Below, in pieces: positions 36,989 through 45,207 of a stretch of DNA of 64,000 nt (within the stretch, counting starts at the first letter, position 1; each line of letters begins with the position of its first letter). Source of the stretch: a virus (lineage: Duplodnaviria; Heunggongvirae; Uroviricota; Caudoviricetes); the IMG/VR virus record IMGVR_UViG_3300021387_000529, positions 64,001 to 128,000 of that record; one strand, written 5' to 3'. Under the pieces are notes generated by a model, which had not been told where the DNA came from, did not search any database, and was given only the letters and a program-made list of their open reading frames with translations. The translations under genes were made by a program, and so were the position numbers.

Positions 36989-37016
36989 TTATCGGCATAA
37001 TTTAGCATAAAGTTTA
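36989..37016 (-). promoter_or_regulatory. sigma28 (FliA) promoter
   Basis: TAAA-N16-GCCGATAA on the minus strand upstream of flaB. Confidence 0.88.
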
Positions 37017-37023
37017 ATGTTTT

Positions 37024-37188
37024 TTAAACTAATAAATCAATTTTACTTTGTGCCTCTTCTTGTGGAGTTTGGATGTTTTCGATAGCCTCAGTTGCGCGTT
37101 CTTCTGTACGTTCTTTTATAGCTTCCTGAGGCTTTCCTTCTAACTGTGAAGCCAAAGATTGTGGCTTTACAATAGCTGAAACTTCCAT
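37024..37188 (-). CDS. 54 aa protein with a C-terminal IDLLV motif (YjfB-like motility-associated tail; not in the ORF track)
   Basis: GAGGT SD; MEVSAIVKPQ...QSKIDLLV*. Confidence 0.5.
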   Translation of the reverse strand: MEVSAIVKPQSLASQLEGKPQEAIKERTEERATEAIENIQTPQEEAQSKIDLLV

Positions 37189-37213
37189 AAGCAATACCTC
37201 TAAATAAGATTAA

Positions 37214-37834
37214 TTACATTCCAAATTTATCCAAAATTCTTTTTCCAAGATAATAAAGGAAATCACTATCGAGCCTTGACTTAAAGAGAGCATTAACAAT
37301 TGTCTTTGCCATTGTAGCATAAGCGCCATCTTGCTCAACTTCATTAAAAATACTAGTAAGATTTTTGCGAAGCTCATTCAATCGTTCTGTAGAGCAATTT
37401 CCTTCATTCAAAGTAGACTCATGCAATGGTGAGTTAAAAATATCATCAACAAGAGCCTCACCTTTTTTAGTAAGCTTATAGCTGTTTCTTTCGCTCATCG
37501 TTGTGTCAAGAAGGTCTGTTTTCTTCAATGCTGTAAAGAAATTGCTAAAATAGTTTGGTGGCAAACCAATGCCATCAAGAATTTCTCTACGTGTGCATCC
37601 TGGATGCTCAGCAATAAATTTCAAAGCTTTTGCGCCACGCATGTTTGGTTTCATGTTTGTAAAGTGGTATGCTTGTGTGGCCCAAGCTCCACCTAATGCA
37701 AGTTTACTATCATTCGCACGAGAAAAATTTTTTGGATGTCCAATAGACTTTACTTTTCCATATTTTGCAACTGTTCCCCATTGTGTATAACCAACATTGT
37801 GATGTTCATCATCATATAACTGTTCAGGTGTCAT
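37214..37834 (-). CDS. winged-helix domain protein (paralog of 22212-23024)
   Basis: FIAEHPGCTRREIL..IG...NYFS.FF...YKLTKKG; AGGAG SD. Confidence 0.65.
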   Translation of the reverse strand: MTPEQLYDDEHHNVGYTQWGTVAKYGKVKSIGHPKNFSRANDSKLALGGAWATQAYHFTNMKPNMRGAKALKFIAEHPGCTRREILDGIGLPPNYFSNFFTALKKTDLLDTTMSERNSYKLTKKGEALVDDIFNSPLHESTLNEGNCSTERLNELRKNLTSIFNEVEQDGAYATMAKTIVNALFKSRLDSDFLYYLGKRILDKFGM

Positions 37835-37865
37835 TCTAATTTCTCCTATATGTATTTAAATTAGT

Positions 37866-37899
37866 AAAAGACACCTGAAAATAAACAGGTGTCTTTTTT
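37866..37899. terminator. terminator hairpin
   Basis: AAAAGACACCTG/CAGGTGTCTTTT. Confidence 0.75.
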
Positions 37900-37901
37900 A
37901 A

Positions 37902-38657
37902 TTATTCTGCTGCGTCAGGAGTAACTGCAGGTTTATCTTCTACAGGCTTTGACTTATTATTTTTTGTCTTTTTTGTTGATTTCACAATTGTAGGCGCATT
38001 CTCAATTTTCTTGAATTCTTCGCTCATCAATTTCTGATATTTATCAACAATTTCATTCATTGCATCCTGTTTTGCCATAGCATCTGCCTGGAAATTGTTA
38101 AGACGCTGAACTGTCTCTTCAGATGAGAACCAAAAGTCTTTGCCATCAAGACATTGTTGGATTTCAGCTTCAGTCAAGAAATTCTTATAAATTTCTCTAA
38201 ATTGAGGTTCCCAAACTTTTTCGTCAAATTTAAGCTGTTCTTTCAATTCATTCCATTTTCCATAAGTCCAAGATGTCCAAGCATGTATCATAACACGACA
38301 ATGAGGGAAAACTTTCCAAGTGTCAGCAGCAAGCATAATCATAGTCGCAGCTGAAGCACACATTCCTTCAATCCAGAATTCAACATATGCATCTGACAAA
38401 TGAAGCGCATCAAAAATGTTCAATGCAACATTTACATCACCACCATAGCAATTGCAATGTACACGAATTGTATCATCAGCACGAGCGCTTGAAACTTCAC
38501 GTAAAAAGTCAATATAGTCTTCAACTGAGTCAATTTCTTCAGTTAAGAAAAAGTCGACTAGTTTTCCTTTATCTGTCTCAGATACACGAAGAACATCATT
38601 TTTGACATATTCTTCATCAGATTTCATCTTTTTACAATTGTTATGAATAATTCCCAC
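37902..38657 (-). CDS. ClpP-family serine protease
   Basis: NCYGGDV, GMCASAAT (catalytic Ser), MIH (His), D.WFS.EE; AAGGAG SD with a GTG start. Confidence 0.85.
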   Translation of the reverse strand: MGIIHNNCKKMKSDEEYVKNDVLRVSETDKGKLVDFFLTEEIDSVEDYIDFLREVSSARADDTIRVHCNCYGGDVNVALNIFDALHLSDAYVEFWIEGMCASAATMIMLAADTWKVFPHCRVMIHAWTSWTYGKWNELKEQLKFDEKVWEPQFREIYKNFLTEAEIQQCLDGKDFWFSSEETVQRLNNFQADAMAKQDAMNEIVDKYQKLMSEEFKKIENAPTIVKSTKKTKNNKSKPVEDKPAVTPDAAE

Positions 38658-38716
38658 TACTATTATCTCCTTTAGTGTATATATTATAATATATTAATAT
38701 TGAGAATTTCAGTATG

Positions 38717-38797
38717 TCTCTATATTACTATAATTTAAAATCTATAGGGTTTTCAAGTTTACTTACCCTTTTAAAGATTATTTAAACAGGTAAGTAA
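38717..38797 (-). repeat. Dispersed ~80 bp element, copy 2
   Basis: Reverse complement of 12743-12825 (35 bp and 21 bp identical blocks). Confidence 0.85.
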
Positions 38798-39223
38798 CCA
38801 TGTTTTCAATTCATCATAATTTTCTCTATTATATAAAAAATCATTTTTAGGACTATATTCAGTATTCCAATTTTGGAACATATTATTATAAATGCCTAAT
38901 TTTTTAAGTAAATCAATTCTCTCATAATTTGTAAATTTTTCGTCAATGTAAATTTTTATGTATAAGTCTTTTTCAAAATTTATAAACTTATCTGAGTATG
39001 AATTCACAATAATTATCTTATCATTATGTGATTTTTCTTGGTTCAAAATTGATGTAGCCATAAATTCATAATGTTTTTCAAAAGTTTTTCCATTTGACAT
39101 TTTTATATTTTTATCGATGTCTTCATAATGAAATACATTTGGAAAATCTTTTAATAGCTGATTTGATAAAGTTGATTTACCACTTCCAGAAGGACCAATG
39201 ATAATTAAAAATCTTGTGTTCAT
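38771..39223 (-). CDS. P-loop kinase-like protein
   Basis: IIGPSGSGKST. Confidence 0.6.
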   Translation of the reverse strand: MNTRFLIIIGPSGSGKSTLSNQLLKDFPNVFHYEDIDKNIKMSNGKTFEKHYEFMATSILNQEKSHNDKIIIVNSYSDKFINFEKDLYIKIYIDEKFTNYERIDLLKKLGIYNNMFQNWNTEYSPKNDFLYNRENYDELKTWLLTCLNNL

Positions 39224-39241
39224 TGTTAATATAGTTATATT

Positions 39242-39805
39242 ATGGGAAGAAGCAAACCAGTCTTTTATGAAGACACTCCAGACGAATTATATACAGTTGA
39301 AAAAACATACTCAGAAGCAGAAGAGACACTCATAAAATTTGTTGAGAAGAAAATTGCTCAAATGAATGAGTCTCTTTTATTCAATGGTGATGACACGCCT
39401 GGTTTTGGAAAATTAAATCAGGCTTTGATGGAATATGAAAGTGTCATGCTTGGTCTTTTGACGTTGCATCAAGAAGCTCGTTTTAAGGCATCAGTCGCTC
39501 AGGAAAAATACGATAATTTTTATGCTGAGAAATTTATTGAAGTTAAGACACGTGATGCGACATTAAATCCAAAGAAAATGATGGCTGCAAAAGAAATTGA
39601 AATGGCTGTTCGTAAAGAGAACATGACACAGCTTGCAAAATTGAAAGCAGATGTCCTTGAAACTGAAAATGAATACAATTTTATCAACCATCTTGTTGAA
39701 AGTTGGAAAGGCTATCAGTTTATCCTTGGAACATTGTCACGCAATTCACAAGCTGAAGCAGCAGCAACTGGCGTAGCATATCAAAATCCTTATGATGGAA
39801 ACTAA
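39242..39805 (+). CDS. helical protein, possibly a UvsY-like recombination mediator
   Basis: Coiled-coil; resemblance by eye only. Confidence 0.45.
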   Translation: MGRSKPVFYEDTPDELYTVEKTYSEAEETLIKFVEKKIAQMNESLLFNGDDTPGFGKLNQALMEYESVMLGLLTLHQEARFKASVAQEKYDNFYAEKFIEVKTRDATLNPKKMMAAKEIEMAVRKENMTQLAKLKADVLETENEYNFINHLVESWKGYQFILGTLSRNSQAEAAATGVAYQNPYDGN

Positions 39806-39813
39806 TAAAATAT

Positions 39814-40623
39814 ATGTTAGTTCCAAATAGTTTTTTTAGCTCAGACTTAGCGCAAAAGTATTTTATGACAAATAATATGATTGCGCTCAAAATTACAAAT
39901 GAATGCCCTTTAGCATGCGCACACTGTCGTGAAAATGCATCTATGGACAATAAAGGCGTTGTCTCAAAAGAAGTTATTGACACAGTCATAAAACAAATTG
40001 TTGATGGTGGCGATGCTGATAAATGGGTTGTTTGTTTACAAGGTGGTGACCCATTATTATATCCAGACATTTGTGAGTATGTAGTTAAAGAATGTCAAAA
40101 ACATAACATTGCAACAAATGTTTATACATCTGGTTGGTGGTGGAAAGAACATAAAAAATATGTGCCAATGATTTTAAATTGGAAGCCAACAATTGTTACA
40201 ATTTCTGTGAATGATTGGACAATTGAAAAGAATAACTGCGGTTTACAATATGTTGATACGATTGCAGAATATTTTCAAAGTAATGACACACCTATTTTGT
40301 TATATTCAGAGGTAAATTTAGACGGCGCAAAGTGGGGCCAACAATGTAAGTATAAAACATGCACAATTGCATATGAACTTGCAAAAGTTGGTCGTGCAAA
40401 AAATCTCGTTGGAACATATAAAGCACAAGGTAAAATAGAACGATGGATGGATACGTCTATTTGTGTATTAAGTGGTTTTGAAATAGGGATTGATGGAACA
40501 ATATATCCAAATTGTTGTGCAGCTTCTGGTGGCCCATGCAGATTTGGAAATGTTCTAAATGGCGACAATGTTTCAAAATTACGTGAGATAAACAGACATT
40601 CTAAAAAATGTAATATCTCATAA
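39814..40623 (+). CDS. radical SAM protein
   Basis: CPLACAHC, QGGDP, SGWW, VGRA; C-terminal C..G.EI..DG.IYP.CC. Confidence 0.85.
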   Translation: MLVPNSFFSSDLAQKYFMTNNMIALKITNECPLACAHCRENASMDNKGVVSKEVIDTVIKQIVDGGDADKWVVCLQGGDPLLYPDICEYVVKECQKHNIATNVYTSGWWWKEHKKYVPMILNWKPTIVTISVNDWTIEKNNCGLQYVDTIAEYFQSNDTPILLYSEVNLDGAKWGQQCKYKTCTIAYELAKVGRAKNLVGTYKAQGKIERWMDTSICVLSGFEIGIDGTIYPNCCAASGGPCRFGNVLNGDNVSKLREINRHSKKCNIS

Positions 40624-41544
40624 ATATAAGTCTGAATAGTCTAAATTAGAACAACTAAAATGCTTACTTGGAGCATATTGAAATTTTTTCACACCAGGTG
40701 GCAATTTGTCATCACTGCAACAGTTGAAGTCTGGATGTTCATCACACCACCACTCATTTGGAAAAACGTGAAAATATTCAAAGTTTTTTCCACAAGTAGT
40801 CAAATCATAATTTTTGTCAAATACTGACGCAAAATTACAACTTATTTTTGAGTCATGACAACAATCAAATCCAATATCTCCATTTGGTTTTATAGAACAT
40901 GCTACTTTGTGGCAACTTCCATAGTTAATTCTTTCTACATTTTTATCTTTATCATAGTCTGCTCTTCCCATTTCAAGAATTCCATCTTCATGAACTCTTA
41001 AATTTGGATATAGACTTTTTAGTCTTTCAACTTTCGGATTTCCAATGAAAGAGCATGGAACAATATGTGTGTCATTTTGGAATTCATCTATGATTGGAAT
41101 TATGTCCCTATCTACATCATTATCATGGTAATTATCAACTGATAAGAAAATTAAATATGGCTTTACATTTTCATGTATACGTTTTCTTATCTCAGGGTTT
41201 GAGCCCCACCAACCATTTGAAAAAAGACTGACATCAAAATTTAATTCATGAACTTTTTTCGCCAAATATTCACATTTATCTAATTCAAGTGTTGGCTCAC
41301 CTCCATATAGACAAACAACAGGTTTTATTTTAGTCTTCTTAAAATCTTTAAGTTTTTCGACAAATGCGTCAATTACTTTATAAGAAATATTCCAACTATC
41401 ATCACATGTGTGTTGAGCAGAATATGAACAAATTGAACATGAATAATTGCATCTGATTGTCATTAAAACATAGAAACCATAGCCTTTAATTGAACGTGCA
41501 AAATGGTATCTATAAGCTTCCTGATTTTCTTCATAAGAAAACAT
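40618..41544 (-). CDS. radical SAM protein
   Basis: CNYSCSIC, YGGEP, SNGWW, SVD.YH, GRA. Confidence 0.85.
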   Translation of the reverse strand: MFSYEENQEAYRYHFARSIKGYGFYVLMTIRCNYSCSICSYSAQHTCDDSWNISYKVIDAFVEKLKDFKKTKIKPVVCLYGGEPTLELDKCEYLAKKVHELNFDVSLFSNGWWGSNPEIRKRIHENVKPYLIFLSVDNYHDNDVDRDIIPIIDEFQNDTHIVPCSFIGNPKVERLKSLYPNLRVHEDGILEMGRADYDKDKNVERINYGSCHKVACSIKPNGDIGFDCCHDSKISCNFASVFDKNYDLTTCGKNFEYFHVFPNEWWCDEHPDFNCCSDDKLPPGVKKFQYAPSKHFSCSNLDYSDLYL

Positions 41545-41550
41545 ATAAAA

Positions 41551-41561
41551 TTAGTAACTAA
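41551..41561. promoter_or_regulatory. back-to-back class II (ACTAA-N6-ATG) promoters
   Basis: TTAGT-A-ACTAA; each half lies exactly 6 nt from the ATG of a divergent radical SAM gene. Confidence 0.7.
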
Positions 41562-41567
41562 ATCAAT

Positions 41568-42464
41568 ATGATTAAATTTGACTTCAATGACTTGGCTGAC
41601 CTTGCGATGAATGACTATAATAGACTTACATTTGAAATTATTATCACAAAAAAGTGCAATAGTAATTGTCCTCATTGCTTTATGGAAGGAAGCCAAGATG
41701 GAGTTATTACAAAAGATATAATTGATATTGCTCTTGAAAAATGTAAAAAATTGAAAGATGATAATTGGATTGAGTTATTCGGTGGTGAGCCTATGCTTGA
41801 GCCAGAACTATGTGCGTATACTTCTCAAAAAGCACATGAGCTTGGATTGAAAGTTTCATTATACACAAATGGATATTGGGGCAATTCACAGAAATTGATG
41901 GAATATGTTTGTAATGAAATAAAACCAGACTTTATTTTGATGTCAATAGATGACTTCCATACAATTCCAGACAGTTCTATAATGAGTATCTTAGAATTTT
42001 TTAATAATGGCAATACACCAAAAATTGGAATTTCTGCAGTAAAAGACCATTGCTCTAAATTAGAGACAAAATTTTTGCCAGCTTTTCCAGACTTAAATGT
42101 GTATTATATACGTCTTCATGAAGTTGGAAAAAGCGTAAAATATGAGAATAATGAAAAAGACTATTGTAGAATAGAAGGTTGGATTATTTGCCCAGACGGA
42201 GATGTCAGAATGGCATGTGAAAAAGGATATAAAGCATGCCGAGCTGGAAATATAAAAACATTAGATATTGTTAAGGCATATGATACTATAAAAGACATGT
42301 TTTTAGCATTTATGAGTGGCACACATTTATATGATTTTTGTAATAAAAATACAATAAATATTTTTGACAAGTCAACATTGTTAAGAAAAGACATTAAAAT
42401 AATGTCATTAGCAGAAATAACTGCAAAAAAGTCGAATCTTAGAAAAGCTGTACTTACTGATTAA
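41568..42464 (+). CDS. radical SAM protein
   Basis: CNSNCPHC, FGGEP, TNGYW, SID.FH, ICPDG.V..AC. Confidence 0.85.
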   Translation: MIKFDFNDLADLAMNDYNRLTFEIIITKKCNSNCPHCFMEGSQDGVITKDIIDIALEKCKKLKDDNWIELFGGEPMLEPELCAYTSQKAHELGLKVSLYTNGYWGNSQKLMEYVCNEIKPDFILMSIDDFHTIPDSSIMSILEFFNNGNTPKIGISAVKDHCSKLETKFLPAFPDLNVYYIRLHEVGKSVKYENNEKDYCRIEGWIICPDGDVRMACEKGYKACRAGNIKTLDIVKAYDTIKDMFLAFMSGTHLYDFCNKNTINIFDKSTLLRKDIKIMSLAEITAKKSNLRKAVLTD

Positions 42465-42539
42465 TATAAATAACTAGATAATTTATATTATGTGGGAGAA
42501 TAAAGCTCACCTTTAATGGTGAGCATTTTTATCTAAAAG

Positions 42540-43307
42540 ATGAGTAAAAAAGTTTATAGAATTTTAATTGCAAGTGTTGTAGGAATTTGGGTGTTAGTTG
42601 TTATTGCTTTAGCATCATGCATGCGTTTATCAGCAAAAGAAGCAAACTTAGCGAGACAGGAAAATGCAATATATGTTCCATTACCAGAAAGATACAGACT
42701 TGAGCATGAGCATTTGAAAACAACTGAAATGGCAGAATACGCATCAAAAATTGTAAATATTCGCGCTATTAGATGTGAAGATATAGAATTCACATTCGAA
42801 GATGCATATGACATTTTATACAAAATCGCATTTTATTCTGACAAGTATGACTTGTCATTAGTTGATGGTTTAATTATAGTTCATGTTGAGAGTGACTTCA
42901 AAGCTGATGCATATAATCGATGGGGAAAAGCATATGGACTATGCCAAGTTACTAAGCCTTGTTTAGAAGAATACAACTGGAAACATGGAACCGACTACAC
43001 TCTTGAAGACATGTATGATGTTAGCCTTAATTTAGAGGTTGGCTTTTGGTATTACAATAGAATTTTAACAAACTATGACAACCGCTATAATTATATAACA
43101 ACAACATCAGATGATAAGAAAATACGTGATGCTTATATTGCATACAATATTGGCGTTACAGTTTTTGATAAAGTTGGACGAGATGGAAGAAATATGCTTC
43201 GCAATGGAAAATTTCCAATGAACGCATATGGTTATAGAAAAGGTGAAACTTATAGGCCAGTTCTTCGCCTATATGAAGTTTTAGATGATTGGGATTACTA
43301 TTCATGA
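42540..43307 (+). CDS. membrane-anchored lytic transglycosylase (SLT domain)
   Basis: N-terminal transmembrane helix; VESDF, AYGLCQV, N..VG.WY, AYNIG. Confidence 0.85.
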   Translation: MSKKVYRILIASVVGIWVLVVIALASCMRLSAKEANLARQENAIYVPLPERYRLEHEHLKTTEMAEYASKIVNIRAIRCEDIEFTFEDAYDILYKIAFYSDKYDLSLVDGLIIVHVESDFKADAYNRWGKAYGLCQVTKPCLEEYNWKHGTDYTLEDMYDVSLNLEVGFWYYNRILTNYDNRYNYITTTSDDKKIRDAYIAYNIGVTVFDKVGRDGRNMLRNGKFPMNAYGYRKGETYRPVLRLYEVLDDWDYYS

Positions 43308-43756
43308 AAAAGCCTGACTTGACAGAAATTGTCTGTAAAATTACTGGTGAAAAAGCTTTAATGTTTGTATCACATTGGGCAACAGATGATGATGTTTATA
43401 ATGTCTCTTTTGTAAAAGAAAAATACGCGCATATAGAAAAACTTCAAAAACTTGATACTTTAATTCTAGATGGCTGGAAATTACGTGATCTTTGTAAATG
43501 GGTTCTCAATCTTAAAAAAGGCGAATGGGACTCAAATGACTTCTTTTCTTCTAAAGGCAGCTTAGTTCTCGAATGCAATTGCCATAATGAAATGCTCATC
43601 ACATATTATGACTATGAAAGCGACATTATATATTTTGAGATTTTTGACAATTATTGGCTAAAACGAAAATATCGTAAAAAGATTACATCTGAGTTTTCAA
43701 TTTGTAGAGAGGACGCACAAAAATCATTTAAGCTTCTTTTGAACATTTTTAAATAG
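43304..43756 (+). CDS. hypothetical protein
   Basis: ATGA coupling. Confidence 0.6.
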   Translation: MKKPDLTEIVCKITGEKALMFVSHWATDDDVYNVSFVKEKYAHIEKLQKLDTLILDGWKLRDLCKWVLNLKKGEWDSNDFFSSKGSLVLECNCHNEMLITYYDYESDIIYFEIFDNYWLKRKYRKKITSEFSICREDAQKSFKLLLNIFK

Positions 43757-43767
43757 TTTCATATATT
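43739..43767 (+). promoter_or_regulatory. Class I promoter (ATG only 9 nt after -10)
   Basis: TTGAAC-N17-TATATT. Confidence 0.75.
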
Positions 43768-43775
43768 ATTTACGT

Positions 43776-44165
43776 ATGATAACAGCTGAAAAGAAAGCAG
43801 AATTATTGAAAAGAGCACGAAAAAATGGTTTCATAAAAGTTTCAGTAAAATATGAAAGGGATGTTTCAGGCGGAACAGCTAAAAGAAAGCTCAACGGTGA
43901 AGCAACCTTCATTATCAAAAAATCTGATAAAATTGAGACTGTGTGCCGTGCACTTATCAAAAAGTTTAGAGCAAAATTTGGACCAGGCTGTATAATTTGG
44001 TTTAAGCAGAATGATGTCAATATTGAGCCAGCTGTTGAAGGAGTAGACTATGAATTGGCAATCACGAGCAGAGCAAAACGCTTCAAAGCTCGCAATCCGA
44101 AGGTTAAAAAACCGCAGACAAATTATGAAGTAGTTGCAAAAAAAATTGCCAAGGAGCAGGCATAA
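43776..44165 (+). CDS. basic hypothetical protein
   Basis: Lys/Arg-rich ORF after a promoter. Confidence 0.65.
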   Translation: MITAEKKAELLKRARKNGFIKVSVKYERDVSGGTAKRKLNGEATFIIKKSDKIETVCRALIKKFRAKFGPGCIIWFKQNDVNIEPAVEGVDYELAITSRAKRFKARNPKVKKPQTNYEVVAKKIAKEQA

Positions 44166-44166
44166 A

Positions 44167-44541
44167 ATGTATTTCAGGAAAAAAAGAAAGACGCTGAAAG
44201 AACAGTTGCGAAATTATTATTCTGAAGAAGCTCGACAAAAACGTAAGCCCATGAAAGTGCCGTTTTATATTCTTATTGACGACACTGATGGAAAAGTAAT
44301 GACATTCCATAGTCAATTTTACAATCATTATGCGAATGACAAAGAATTCCATGCTCCTCGCAGAATGAAGTATATTGAAACAGCAATCAGGTTTAAGGAT
44401 GAAGTTTCAGAAGCTGAAAAGAAATACAAAAACATCAAAATCGTTCGTGTTACGACAACGATAAAAGCAACTCTTGAAGCTGCGTCACAAGGTTTGTTGA
44501 AGCAGAACAGCATTCAGGAAATTTTTTGGGAGTTTAATTAA
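44167..44541 (+). CDS. hypothetical protein
   Basis: ORF in a run. Confidence 0.6.
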   Translation: MYFRKKRKTLKEQLRNYYSEEARQKRKPMKVPFYILIDDTDGKVMTFHSQFYNHYANDKEFHAPRRMKYIETAIRFKDEVSEAEKKYKNIKIVRVTTTIKATLEAASQGLLKQNSIQEIFWEFN

Positions 44542-44556
44542 TCTATCTATAATATT

Positions 44557-44940
44557 ATGGAAGAACTTAAGTTTTACGGTTGGACCGACTTTGACAATTA
44601 CAACTATCCAGACTTTGAGAAAGAAAACTTTCCAAACTTGAGTATGAGCCAATTCATGGAATTAAGCGAAAAAATTCGCCGTGTAGTTGTTGACCATATC
44701 CGTGAGAAAGGAATTAAGTTTGAAGGTGGCTATCATCAAAATGGAGATGATGGTTGTCCTCTTGTTCAGGTTGGTAATAAAATTGTTCGTGAAACATGTT
44801 CTTTTAGATTTTGGGGTGGAATTATAGCAGATGCAGGTTATGGTGAGTCTTATATTGATTGGGCGTGGAGTGATGCAGAAGATCCAGTTTATCCGCATTG
44901 CGTTAAAGGAGAGAATATCATTGTTCGGGAAGACTTGTAA
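44557..44940 (+). CDS. hypothetical phage protein
   Basis: F.G.YHQ....G.P......S.R.WG.I.A motif. Confidence 0.65.
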   Translation: MEELKFYGWTDFDNYNYPDFEKENFPNLSMSQFMELSEKIRRVVVDHIREKGIKFEGGYHQNGDDGCPLVQVGNKIVRETCSFRFWGGIIADAGYGESYIDWAWSDAEDPVYPHCVKGENIIVREDL

Positions 44941-44947
44941 AAGAAGA

Positions 44948-45205
44948 ATGACAATCTTTGAGAGGATTACTAAAACTAACCTCTATCGTATTTATTGTCC
45001 AGAATGCTCTGTTAAAAATGATAAACCAACTGCGTCATTACATCATGTGTATGATAAAGTTTATAAGAAAGATAAATTTTATTTGAAGTGCAATAAATGT
45101 AAATTAGCAACTCCAGCATATGAAAATGACAAAGAAATCTTTGAACATTGGGACTATTACTTCACTAAGAAAGAAGACAAGCTCTTTGATGATGATGAGG
45201 ACTAA
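44948..45205 (+). CDS. Zn-ribbon protein
   Basis: CPEC...CNKC. Confidence 0.55.
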   Translation: MTIFERITKTNLYRIYCPECSVKNDKPTASLHHVYDKVYKKDKFYLKCNKCKLATPAYENDKEIFEHWDYYFTKKEDKLFDDDED

Positions 45206-45207
45206 CT

